From: Escherichia phage vB_EcoM-E33
Direction: 5' to 3' (one strand)
Sequence record: OL780484.1
DNA: 64,000 bases
In this document: positions 25,669 through 34,851 of the stretch, one piece after another
Numbering within the stretch: the stretch's first letter is position 1
How the letters are laid out: each line of letters starts with the position of its first letter
The notes under the pieces: generated by a model
The model's database searches: none
Told to the model about the DNA's origin: nothing
Seen by the model: the letters and a program-made list of their open reading frames with translations, nothing else
Program-made: the position numbers and the translations under genes

Positions 25669-27486
25669 ATGATTAAGAATGAAATTAAAGTACTGTCCGA
25701 CATTGAACATATCAAAAAACGTAGTGGGATGTATATTGGCTCAAGTGCTAATGAAGCTCACGGTCGATTCCTGTTTGGTAATTTTACACAGGTAAACTAT
25801 GTTCCTGGACTGGTTAAATTAATTGATGAAATCATTGATAACTCTGTCGATGAAGCTATTCGTACCAATTTTAAATTCGCAAATAAAATTGATGTTCAAA
25901 TTAAGAATAACCAGGTTTCAGTTTCTGATAATGGTCGTGGTATTCCACAAGCAATGGTCACCGACCAAAATGGTGAACAGATTCCAGGTCCTGTAGCTGC
26001 ATGGACTATTCCAAAGGCAGGTGGTAACTTTGGAGATGACGCTGAGCGTAAGACAGGCGGCATGAATGGTGTCGGTAGTAGTTTAACTAATATCTTCTCT
26101 GTTTTGTTCACAGGCATCACCTCTGATGGTGAGAATGAGATTACTGTTAACTGTTCAAACGGAATGGAAAACAAAGGTTGGTCTACTAAGAAATCTAAAG
26201 GTAAGGGTACTTCGGTTATATTCACCCCAGACTTTAATCATTTCGAAGAAAATAGCCTGTCACAAATTTATCTGGATATTACATTAGACCGATTGCAAAC
26301 TCTGGCCGTAGTTTATCCTGATATTCAATTTACTTTTAATGGTAAAAAAGTAGATGGCAACTTTAAAAAGTATGCTAAGCAATTTGGTGAAGACTTTGTA
26401 ATCCAAGAAACCGATAATGTTTCGATGGCGTTCACTCCTTCTCCGGATGGATTCCGTCAACTGACTTATGTAAACAATATCCACACCAAGAATGGTGGCC
26501 ACCACGTTGAATGTGTATTCGATGATATTTGTGAACACCTTCTGCCAGGCATTAAAAAGAAATACCGTGGAATTGAAGTAACTAAAGCTCGTGTTAAAGA
26601 ATGCCTTACGATGGTGATGTTCATTCGTGATATGAGCAACATGCGTTTTGATTCACAGACTAAAGAACGTTTGACCTCTCCTTTTGGTGAGATTCGCAAT
26701 CATATCCAAATTGATGCTAAAAAAATTGCTCAAGCCATTCTTAAAGTTGATGGGTTGATTATGCCTATCGTTGAAGCTGCTTTAGCACGTAAATTAGCAG
26801 CTGAAAAGGCTGCCGAAACTAAAGCCGCTAAGAAAGCTTCTAAAGCCAAGGTCCATAAGCATATTAAAGCTAACCTATACGGCAAAGATGCTGATACAAC
26901 CCTGTTCCTAACCGAAGGTGATTCCGCTATGGGTCCTTTCATTGAAGTCCGTAATAAAGACCTTCAAGGTGGCTATCCATTACGTGGTAAGGTTATGAAT
27001 ACCTGGGGAATGACAGCAACAGATATCATGAAGAACAAGGAACTATTTGATATCTGTGCAATCACTGGATTGGTTATTGGTGAACCCGCAGAGAAAACCA
27101 ACTATCGTAATATTGCTATTATGACCGATGCCGATGTGGATGGTACTGGTTCGATTTATCCATCATTGCTAGCCTTCTTTAGTCAATGGCCTGAATTGTT
27201 CGAACAAGGCCGAGTACGTTTCTGTAAAACTCCGGTAATTATTGCCCAGGTTGGTAAAGAACAGGAATGGTTCTATGATGTGCCTAGTTATACCAAAGCT
27301 AAGGATTCTCTACCAAAACATTCTATTCGTTATATCAAAGGACTAGGTTCTCTTGAGAAAGCTGAATACCGTCGAATGATTCAAGACCCTAAATTTGATG
27401 TGGTTCAATTACCTGAAGATTGGAAAGAACAGTTCGAAATGCTCCTTGGTAATGACCCTCAACTCCGTAAGGCCTGGATGTCGTAA
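25669..27486 (+). CDS. 39: DNA topoisomerase II large subunit gp39 (GyrB-like ATPase + TOPRIM), contiguous 39+60 equivalent
   Basis: 605 aa; GHKL ATPase and TOPRIM-like regions; single uninterrupted ORF. Confidence 0.92.
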   Translation: MIKNEIKVLSDIEHIKKRSGMYIGSSANEAHGRFLFGNFTQVNYVPGLVKLIDEIIDNSVDEAIRTNFKFANKIDVQIKNNQVSVSDNGRGIPQAMVTDQNGEQIPGPVAAWTIPKAGGNFGDDAERKTGGMNGVGSSLTNIFSVLFTGITSDGENEITVNCSNGMENKGWSTKKSKGKGTSVIFTPDFNHFEENSLSQIYLDITLDRLQTLAVVYPDIQFTFNGKKVDGNFKKYAKQFGEDFVIQETDNVSMAFTPSPDGFRQLTYVNNIHTKNGGHHVECVFDDICEHLLPGIKKKYRGIEVTKARVKECLTMVMFIRDMSNMRFDSQTKERLTSPFGEIRNHIQIDAKKIAQAILKVDGLIMPIVEAALARKLAAEKAAETKAAKKASKAKVHKHIKANLYGKDADTTLFLTEGDSAMGPFIEVRNKDLQGGYPLRGKVMNTWGMTATDIMKNKELFDICAITGLVIGEPAEKTNYRNIAIMTDADVDGTGSIYPSLLAFFSQWPELFEQGRVRFCKTPVIIAQVGKEQEWFYDVPSYTKAKDSLPKHSIRYIKGLGSLEKAEYRRMIQDPKFDVVQLPEDWKEQFEMLLGNDPQLRKAWMS

Positions 27487-27530
27487 TAAATATGTATGGT
27501 ACTAATTGGTGCCATACAAAAGGAGACTTT

Positions 27531-27692
27531 ATGAGAAAGTACTGGGTTACGCTCGTCACCGGTGAATACGGTTATATCTGGACTGATACTAGACCTCAGT
27601 TTGCAGAATACGTGACTATTACAGTCGAGACATGGGACGGCGAAGTTTACCAAACCCGCGGACAAGTCTATAAGGTCGATTCAAGTAACTAA
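27531..27692 (+). CDS. Small hypothetical protein (53 aa)
   Basis: ATG 27531 after SD AGGAG; ORF track 27492..27692. Confidence 0.4.
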   Translation: MRKYWVTLVTGEYGYIWTDTRPQFAEYVTITVETWDGEVYQTRGQVYKVDSSN

Positions 27693-27700
27693 ACTAATAA

Positions 27701-27719
27701 GGGCCTTCGGGCCCTTTTC
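27701..27719 (+). terminator. Terminator-like hairpin (gggcc-UUCG-ggccc + TTTT)
   Basis: Stem-loop after stop at 27692. Confidence 0.5.
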
Positions 27720-27769
27720 GGGGTTTACAAAGACCTGTGGTTATGATAGGATTATCTAGAGGTGAGAAT

Positions 27770-28093
27770 ATGATTATGCAAGATAACAGTATAGTGAACA
27801 CTGACAATCTAGCTTTATCCTTTATGGAAACGGCCATTCGTAACTGTAAAGATGAAGGAGTAGTGACTACAAGCGGTAAGGGACTTGAATACCTTAAGGC
27901 TGTAAAATCTATTGCCTTAAAGATTAAAGATAACCAGGCGCTCTCTCCTGTGGTCCAGGAAAAGGTTTTAGAGATAATGTATCGCCACAGAGAGCACAAA
28001 AGTACAATGGGTTCTATGAGAAGAATTCTGGCTGAACTAGGTTCTACCAGAGAATATGTTCAACATGAGGTAGTTAAAAATGACAAACTTTAA
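27770..28093 (+). CDS. Hypothetical protein (107 aa)
   Basis: ATG 27770 after SD GAGGTGAG; early promoter upstream. Confidence 0.45.
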   Translation: MIMQDNSIVNTDNLALSFMETAIRNCKDEGVVTTSGKGLEYLKAVKSIALKIKDNQALSPVVQEKVLEIMYRHREHKSTMGSMRRILAELGSTREYVQHEVVKNDKL

Positions 28094-28283
28094 AGTGAAT
28101 ATTGATTTGTTCGATAAAGCCGTCCATAAAGAATTCCGGTTAATCCAACGATTTTTTGATATCAATGCGGCTGAGGATTTTAAAGAACGCTTTAAAGAAA
28201 TCAGATATAAAATACTCAACGACATCGCTACTAAGGACGAGCTCCTTGAAGTGGCAGACATTTTTAAACGTAACCTGAATTGA
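28080..28283 (+). CDS. Hypothetical protein (67 aa)
   Basis: ORF track. Confidence 0.4.
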   Translation: MTNFKVNIDLFDKAVHKEFRLIQRFFDINAAEDFKERFKEIRYKILNDIATKDELLEVADIFKRNLN

Positions 28284-28290
28284 GAAAAAT

Positions 28291-30501
28291 ATGATTATTG
28301 AAACCGAAAAAGAACAAATCATTGGTAATGGTGCTAAGTCCACAGGCTTTACTATTCAGGCATCGCCTAAGGTCTTTAAAATTTTGTCATCAGACCTTTA
28401 TAGTAATAAAGTACGTGCCGTAGTTCGTGAACTAATTACCAACATGATTGATGCCCATATTCTAAATGGTAATAAAGAACGTTGGAAAGTACAGGTTCCT
28501 GGTAAACTAGACCCTCGCTTTGTATGTCGTGATTTCGGTCCGGGTATGAGTGATTTCCAAATTCGTGGTGATGAAAACGAAACAGGTTTGTATAACTCTT
28601 ATTTCGCGTCGTCCAAAACCGCTTCTAACGATTTCATCGGCGGCTTTGGCCTTGGTTCAAAATCTCCGTTCAGTTATACCGAAACGTTTAATATTACCTC
28701 ATGGCACAATGGCGAAGTTCGCGGTTATGTAGCATATATGGATGGTGATGGCCCGCAGATTAAACCTACTTTCGTAGAACCTATGCAGCCAGGTGATAAA
28801 ACAGGTATCGAAATCACGGTTCCTGTTGATGAAGAAGATTTCCGTAAGTTTGAAACTGAAGTTCGTTATATCATGCGGCCTTTCATTGGTCTTGGTGATG
28901 TAGACGGTGTTGAAGTTGATTATTTCCCTGAATTTGACGATTACCATCCTGTAACCACTACAAATTATGGCAGCTTCGAACGTTCAGGACTTTATGCAGT
29001 TTATGGTGGTATTGTTTATCCATTGGATTCTGCCTATAATAAAGGCACATGGATGCGTACTCGCCATGATGTAGTTTATATTAAGTTCCCTATGGGTTCA
29101 CTGGATATTGCTCCGTCTCGTGAAGTGTTGTCTCTTGATAAACGTACGATGGAAAATATTGCAACCCGTATCGAAGCACTGGATGCAGTGGTCTTTAAAA
29201 ACGATACACAGGAATGGGTTGAATCTGATAATCCACGCCATGTTTATCGTGACCTTTCTAACCTTGGTTACAGTGCTCGTGACTATCTTACCAAAAAAGG
29301 TGGAACTAGCCTGTTTACTACAGAAAAATTGACATATGAGAAATTATACCAGCGTTATACCCTTCAAAACGACCTTATTAATTTAGGTGTGGTTTACGAA
29401 GTCGTTTCAGACCCACGTTTGAAACGAATTAAGTCAAGTGGTAATACTTCTTCGGTAGCAGGACTTAGTAATTTATTAGGCATTAATAAGAAAGAAATCC
29501 ATGTTGTTTATGATGATGAAAAAGGTCGTGTGCCATTAGTTCGAGGTCTTTGGGCTCTGGCAATGGACAACAGTGCTTCGGCTAAGAAAATTGTTAAAGA
29601 GAACAATATTCCTAAATACGGAACTGACCTTATTTTTGTCGACCCAAATTCAATGTTGCAAATGCAACAACTTGAAAAGGTTAAAGAACTTTTTAAAGGT
29701 GACACAATTCATTTTTATAAAGTCTCTGAACTGAATAAAATTGTTAAGCCATGGATTCCGGTTACTGTCCGTTCATCAGAACCGCGTCCTAAAACACCGA
29801 GTGCTTATCGTTGGTTCATTAAAGACGGGCGCTGGCAACAAGAGACCATGTATTTGACTGCTGCCGAAGCAGAAGAAATTACAGGTTATGTTCTGTTTGG
29901 CAGTCGTTCTGATATTATGGGAATGGATGAAGCTTATGGTATCTTTGACATCAATACCACTACCATGTGTCGTATGGCTAATTTGATTGGTGCTACCGAA
30001 TTCCATATCATTCGCCCTCAGATTGCCAAAAAGATTAAAAAGTTAGGCCAATGCGAATGCTTGATGGAAGCTACATTAGAAGCTTATGCTGAAGCCTTAG
30101 ACGCGGTAGATGTTGATGACTACCTTGGTAGCAATACTCGAGCTCGGTATTACCTTGAAATCATTGCTAAGTTCCCTCAGCTTAATTTCATGACCAAGTA
30201 TTTCAGTGATAAGCCGGTGACTGAAGCATATACTCGTCTGAGTAATTTCTATGATATATTCCGTTATATGAATTTCGGCGGATATATCACTGATGATAAG
30301 CTTTCCGTTATCAAGAAAATTTGTAACAATACTTTTTTTAAGTTGACTGATAATGCTTCAAGCAACAATGATAAAATGACTGTACAGTTTGAATCTGATT
30401 ACCATTTAGTTTCAGACTACATGTATCGTCGTGGAACATCCATTACCGAGGCTTCTGTAGCTCAAATTGTTAAATTCATGAAAGCCGTGGAAGCGGCTTA
30501 A
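28291..30501 (+). CDS. rIIA: rIIA protein (membrane-associated, GHKL-like N-terminal domain)
   Basis: 736 aa; MIIETEKEQIIGNGAKS… matches T4 rIIA N-terminus as recalled; synteny 39-rIIA-rIIB. Confidence 0.92.
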   Translation: MIIETEKEQIIGNGAKSTGFTIQASPKVFKILSSDLYSNKVRAVVRELITNMIDAHILNGNKERWKVQVPGKLDPRFVCRDFGPGMSDFQIRGDENETGLYNSYFASSKTASNDFIGGFGLGSKSPFSYTETFNITSWHNGEVRGYVAYMDGDGPQIKPTFVEPMQPGDKTGIEITVPVDEEDFRKFETEVRYIMRPFIGLGDVDGVEVDYFPEFDDYHPVTTTNYGSFERSGLYAVYGGIVYPLDSAYNKGTWMRTRHDVVYIKFPMGSLDIAPSREVLSLDKRTMENIATRIEALDAVVFKNDTQEWVESDNPRHVYRDLSNLGYSARDYLTKKGGTSLFTTEKLTYEKLYQRYTLQNDLINLGVVYEVVSDPRLKRIKSSGNTSSVAGLSNLLGINKKEIHVVYDDEKGRVPLVRGLWALAMDNSASAKKIVKENNIPKYGTDLIFVDPNSMLQMQQLEKVKELFKGDTIHFYKVSELNKIVKPWIPVTVRSSEPRPKTPSAYRWFIKDGRWQQETMYLTAAEAEEITGYVLFGSRSDIMGMDEAYGIFDINTTTMCRMANLIGATEFHIIRPQIAKKIKKLGQCECLMEATLEAYAEALDAVDVDDYLGSNTRARYYLEIIAKFPQLNFMTKYFSDKPVTEAYTRLSNFYDIFRYMNFGGYITDDKLSVIKKICNNTFFKLTDNASSNNDKMTVQFESDYHLVSDYMYRRGTSITEASVAQIVKFMKAVEAA

Positions 30502-30515
30502 TCTAAGGAAATATT

Positions 30516-31484
30516 ATGTACAATATTAAGTGTTTGACCTCCGCTGAGCAAGTTGAAATCGCTAAGTTATATATTTCTGGTAATTATACTCAGAATGAGT
30601 TGGCTGACTGGTACAGTGTATCAGTTGATACAATCCGTAAAGTCCTGAAAAATGCTAAAGGAGCTGGACAGGCCCAGGTAGTTATTACCGGAAATATCAA
30701 AGTAACAGTTCCTAACGAGCCTCGTGAAGTTCCCGTTGAAGTTACTATTGGCGGCTCTCGCCCTGAAATTATCTGGAACGCGAGTTCTAAATTCGTATCC
30801 ATCACTGAAGGTCGTACAGTATGGAACACCACTAATAAGAACAAACATTTTGATGCCATCGTACAGGCTCTTAAAGAATCTCGTTTCGATGACGCGATTA
30901 AACTGATTTCCATTAAAGAAGCCGTTAAGGCCTTTGTTAAAGGCAACGTTCGTATTGAAGGTGGACGTCTGGTTTACCAAGGCATTGAATTGCGTTCAGG
31001 GTTGATTGACCGTATTATCACTTCAATGGAAAACGGTGAAGACTTCGAATTCTACCTGCCGTTCCTTGAGAACCTGTTAGAAAACCCAAGCGAAAAAGCT
31101 GTACAACGTTTGTTCGACTTCTTGGTGGCAAACGACATCAAAATTACTGAAGATGGTCACTTTATTACGTGGAAGGTGGTTAACTCCGATTACACCGACT
31201 GCCGTACCGGTACGTTTGATAACTCACCAGGCAAACCGGTTAAAATGCCTCGTTCTCGTGTAAATGACGATGATGAAGTAACCTGTTCAAGTGGTCTGCA
31301 CGTTTGCTCTCGTAGTTATATCAGTCATTTTGGTAACTCAAGCTGTAAAGTGGTTTCATGTAAAGTTAACCCACGTGATGTTGTTAGTATTCCGGTCGAT
31401 TACGGTGATGCTAAAATGCGTGTATGTTATTATGAAGTTCTAGAAGACGTCACCGAACAGTTCGCAAACGAATACAAATACTAA
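30516..31484 (+). CDS. rIIB: rIIB protein
   Basis: 322 aa (T4 312 aa); immediately downstream of rIIA; SD AAGGAAA. Confidence 0.88.
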   Translation: MYNIKCLTSAEQVEIAKLYISGNYTQNELADWYSVSVDTIRKVLKNAKGAGQAQVVITGNIKVTVPNEPREVPVEVTIGGSRPEIIWNASSKFVSITEGRTVWNTTNKNKHFDAIVQALKESRFDDAIKLISIKEAVKAFVKGNVRIEGGRLVYQGIELRSGLIDRIITSMENGEDFEFYLPFLENLLENPSEKAVQRLFDFLVANDIKITEDGHFITWKVVNSDYTDCRTGTFDNSPGKPVKMPRSRVNDDDEVTCSSGLHVCSRSYISHFGNSSCKVVSCKVNPRDVVSIPVDYGDAKMRVCYYEVLEDVTEQFANEYKY

Positions 31485-31521
31485 ATCAATAACGGAGGCT
31501 TCGGCCTCCTAATGAGGAATT

Positions 31522-31719
31522 ATGTTAGGTTACCAAGCACGTGTAGTTGAAGAATACGACCAGTTGGTTCTTAAAATTAACGCACTAGAAACCTTTATTG
31601 AAGGTGGTGTTTTTGAAACTCTTGATATCCGTCAACAAGGGTTACTGATTGCACAACTGGATGCGATGGGCGCTTATGCTCATTGTTTAGAGGTTCGTAT
31701 TTCTTATTTCGGTGAGTAA
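31522..31719 (+). CDS. Hypothetical protein (65 aa)
   Basis: SD GAGGAA; preceded by UUCG hairpin. Confidence 0.45.
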   Translation: MLGYQARVVEEYDQLVLKINALETFIEGGVFETLDIRQQGLLIAQLDAMGAYAHCLEVRISYFGE

Positions 31720-31720
31720 A

Positions 31721-32020
31721 ATGATTAATTACCTGAATGTCGGTGAACGTGGTATCAAGATTTCTAATTTGCGTGGATTCCATAAAGCAGGTACTGTTTA
31801 TTGTGCTAAGCTCGTTAAACACCCGGGTGATGTTCATTACGCTTTTCTAGAATGCGATGAGGTGGTCGAAGGCGAATTTCCTTTAGCAGATTCTGATACT
31901 TTAGAACCCGACGACCGAATTTATTACGGTGAACTTCATATTCGAGGCATTTATGGTGAAGACGAACCCGGGACTACTCCGATTGGCAGCGATGCCGACA
32001 TTTACCCTGAAGACATCTGA
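31721..32020 (+). CDS. Hypothetical acidic protein (99 aa)
   Basis: ATG 31721; ORF track 31712..32020. Confidence 0.45.
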   Translation: MINYLNVGERGIKISNLRGFHKAGTVYCAKLVKHPGDVHYAFLECDEVVEGEFPLADSDTLEPDDRIYYGELHIRGIYGEDEPGTTPIGSDADIYPEDI

Positions 32021-32033
32021 TTTAACAGGCGAA

Positions 32034-32510
32034 ATGAAGGTCAAGATTAAGGATACCGTATTGTATTCCTTAAGCCAAGACCCGTCCCAAGATAAGAAAG
32101 AAGTATTGACTCGGTGTGTCATTGCAACGTATGCCGAGTACATGGTTGCTGATTGGTTGAAAGGATATGTTAACAGTGGTCTGGAAGACCATGACGACCC
32201 TTATACCTATGCATGGGATGTTTTAGCTCATCCTATGTATTGTGGACTACGTGTAGAGGTCAAGACCCATCAGTCGGATTCTAAGTGGATTTCCTGCACT
32301 ACAGGATACTCCGGTGACTTCCCTTATGGAACAGGGATTAACCTGGGCCCGCTCTTGAATCATAAAGTTGCAGATTGTATAATTATATTCGACACTTCGG
32401 TAAATGAGGCAGGCGATGTCCTGTTCACTCCTAAGTTCTCTGGTGACAGAGAAGCCATCACAAAGCTAGTCCGTAAGAGCAATTACAACGGCTGGTATCT
32501 CGCCTTATAA
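32034..32510 (+). CDS. Hypothetical protein (158 aa; possibly denB-region gene)
   Basis: First ATG after upstream stop in frame of ORF-track 31929..32510; start uncertain. Confidence 0.4.
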   Translation: MKVKIKDTVLYSLSQDPSQDKKEVLTRCVIATYAEYMVADWLKGYVNSGLEDHDDPYTYAWDVLAHPMYCGLRVEVKTHQSDSKWISCTTGYSGDFPYGTGINLGPLLNHKVADCIIIFDTSVNEAGDVLFTPKFSGDREAITKLVRKSNYNGWYLAL

Positions 32511-32583
32511 ATTTTTTAAATAAGTGTTTACATACACCAAGGATGGTGTTACTATCTTCCTATCAACTTGAGAGGAAAACAAA

Positions 32584-32841
32584 ATGAAATTCTATTACGC
32601 CAAACATAAAATTACCCGTGAGTTTGTATCGTTTTCAACCTTTTCAGATGAAGAAGACTTTTGCATCACTGGTCTGGATTTATCTAAATATGAAACCGAC
32701 CAGCCTTATTTGACCACTCATGACGAGATTCAACGTTTGGTGAACGGTGAGCTAAATAATTCTTACTGCACTCAAATTTACCCTGCTTTGAAAAAAGCTA
32801 TCAATGCTAATCAGATTGAAATCATTGAGGTGGAATTGTGA
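32584..32841 (+). CDS. Hypothetical protein (85 aa), tandem paralog 1
   Basis: MKFYYAKHKIT… ; SD GAGAGGAAAA; early promoter. Confidence 0.5.
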   Translation: MKFYYAKHKITREFVSFSTFSDEEDFCITGLDLSKYETDQPYLTTHDEIQRLVNGELNNSYCTQIYPALKKAINANQIEIIEVEL

Positions 32842-33104
32842 ATATCAAATTATATTACGCTAAACACAAAGTTACGGGTACGGTTGTTGCCGCCATGTAT
32901 GACGCGTCAGGTGAAGGTGATGATGTTACTACAGAGTTATCTCTTTCTGATTGTAAATTTCTCCGTCCCTTAATCGCATCAAAGGAAGATTTAGAAAAGC
33001 TTATTGATGGAAAACTGGATAATGTTGACGGCATAGATATTCTTTATGACCTCCGCACGGCATTGTACAGGGGATTGATTGAGATAAAAGAGGTGGTGTT
33101 TTGA
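32838..33104 (+). CDS. Hypothetical protein (88 aa), tandem paralog 2
   Basis: MNIKLYYAKHKVT… shares N- and C-terminal blocks (…IEIIEVEL / …IEIKEVVF) with upstream gene. Confidence 0.5.
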   Translation: MNIKLYYAKHKVTGTVVAAMYDASGEGDDVTTELSLSDCKFLRPLIASKEDLEKLIDGKLDNVDGIDILYDLRTALYRGLIEIKEVVF

Positions 33105-33249
33105 GTAGCAAAACGTGGTGCCTTATTTGGATGGCCTGTATCCCAGTGATTTGCGTGTGTTTTAGTTTATTGTTGTGGAAATTGGCATAAATCAGTATAC
33201 ATCTCCATTAATCATGATATTATAGACCTATCAACTAATGGAGATGATT

Positions 33250-33360
33250 ATGAAAAACTTACTTAAAGCAATTTGGAACATGTTTGTGTTGTTAATGGTA
33301 TTGAGCATTTTCCCAATCGTTTTTATGATTGACCATGTACGTGTATTCTTTAACTTCTGA
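33250..33360 (+). CDS. Small hydrophobic peptide (36 aa)
   Basis: ATG after SD GGAGATGA; single TM-like segment; unverified. Confidence 0.3.
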   Translation: MKNLLKAIWNMFVLLMVLSIFPIVFMIDHVRVFFNF

Positions 33361-33370
33361 GGAAAATATT

Positions 33371-33583
33371 ATGAAACTTTTTAAAGATGTGGTAGTCGGC
33401 GAGAGCTTTGTATTGCATAATGGCCAACAACTGATTCGCATTTCTCCTTTGCAAGTTGGGACCGAATTACAACCTGTTAATGCTACAGACCTTTATGATT
33501 CAACTAAGCGTTTTTGTGTAGGCCCTAGTGTGCAATGCCTTACTGTTGATGAGTTGATGGCTATTTCTGTTGACGCTGAATAA
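33371..33583 (+). CDS. Hypothetical protein (70 aa)
   Basis: ATG 33371 after SD GAGGAAA. Confidence 0.45.
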   Translation: MKLFKDVVVGESFVLHNGQQLIRISPLQVGTELQPVNATDLYDSTKRFCVGPSVQCLTVDELMAISVDAE

Positions 33584-33593
33584 GGAAAATATT

Positions 33594-33938
33594 ATGTCTA
33601 AATTATTTTTTGGTAATCGCAACATTATGTTCTTTGAGCAACTCAGTCTTAAAGAGGCATTGAAGGCCTTCAATCAAGAACTGGTTACTGGGCTAGATTC
33701 AAAAACTATGGCAAGTGCGGATTTCGTTTTCGTTCAAGACCCGGATACAGGTTTTTATCGATTCATCAAATTCCGTATGAGCATGGACCCTGACTATCGT
33801 AGTGCTTACTACGTGAGTTATGAAAACGTTATCAAAGAATTACGTGATACCTATGGACGCGCTTTGAACCCACTGAACAAGGTTTATAATGCTTCTTTTT
33901 ATACGAGCGGATTTATTTTAGAACAGCTACAAAAATAG
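33594..33938 (+). CDS. Hypothetical protein (114 aa)
   Basis: ATG 33594 after SD AAGGAAA. Confidence 0.45.
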   Translation: MSKLFFGNRNIMFFEQLSLKEALKAFNQELVTGLDSKTMASADFVFVQDPDTGFYRFIKFRMSMDPDYRSAYYVSYENVIKELRDTYGRALNPLNKVYNASFYTSGFILEQLQK

Positions 33939-34015
33939 TTTACAACCTCGAGAATCATGTTATAATGGTTCTCGTTGACTGGATAACAAAACATTAATCT
34001 ACTGAGGAAATTGAT

Positions 34016-34465
34016 ATGAATACTTATATGACTCGCCGTAACGTTCTGTCTGCTGGTGCTACTACTGTTGCTTATGTTAAGAACGGTGAATACCAAAATG
34101 GCAAACCTTCTAAAGAAATCTCTGCTCAGCCAGGCTTCTACTTCTTTGTTAAAGGTGAAGCGGATTCTCGTGTCGTAGCTGCACGCTTTTATGTCGGTAA
34201 TCAACGTTCGGCTCAAGGTCTCGATGGTATCGTGGCTAACATTCGTAAGAAACGTTCTCAATCAGCCCGCACTATGGCAGTGAACGGTGTTGTGTATGAA
34301 GTTCTTTATGTACCAGCTTCTAAGATGAAACCTCTGACTACAGGTTTTGGTAAGGGTCAAATTGCAATGGCTTTCACTCGTAATCATAGTTCCGACCTCC
34401 AGACACTGGAAGAAATGAACCGTATGTTGGCTGATAACTTTAAATTCATCCTGCAGGCTTACTAA
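34016..34465 (+). CDS. Hypothetical protein (149 aa)
   Basis: Early-type promoter (GTTTAC…TGtTATAAT) and SD GAGGAAA. Confidence 0.5.
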
Positions 34466-34552
34466 TGAGTAATTTCCATAACGAGCATGTGATGCAGTTC
34501 TATCGTAACAATCTTAAAACTAAAGGCGTCTTCGGACGCTAATGAGGAAAAT

Positions 34553-34714
34553 ATGGTTATCCTAGTTTTTATTGAACTTATTATGGCTATAGTCTGTTCA
34601 GTTTGCTTCTTTTTAGGAGTGTGGGCCCCTGGTCCGATATTCTTAAGTTTTCTGCTTATTGGTTGGGTTCTTTCTACTTTTGTCGGTTTACTTAAGACGA
34701 TTAAAAATGATTAA
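34553..34714 (+). CDS. Small membrane protein (53 aa)
   Basis: ATG after SD GAGGAAAA; two hydrophobic segments. Confidence 0.4.
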   Translation: MVILVFIELIMAIVCSVCFFLGVWAPGPIFLSFLLIGWVLSTFVGLLKTIKND

Positions 34715-34847
34715 TAAAATCCTGGGCTACTCGTTAGCCCTTGCTGCTTTATTAGTAGCGCTGTATTACGGAGTAATGTTCGGACTTATCCAAGTTGTGC
34801 TTTTTATTTCCGATGTTATTATGGCTATTCATTCACTAGTATGGTAA
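34707..34847 (+). CDS. Small membrane protein (46 aa)
   Basis: ATG overlapping upstream stop; hydrophobic; ORF track 34659..34847. Confidence 0.35.
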   Translation: MINKILGYSLALAALLVALYYGVMFGLIQVVLFISDVIMAIHSLVW

Positions 34848-34851
34848 AATT

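Noticed and set aside
25669-27486. Looked for a gene 60-type 50-nt translational bypass or frameshift within the topoisomerase large-subunit gene
   Set aside because: The ORF is continuous for 605 codons with no stop or gap; no bypass element is needed.
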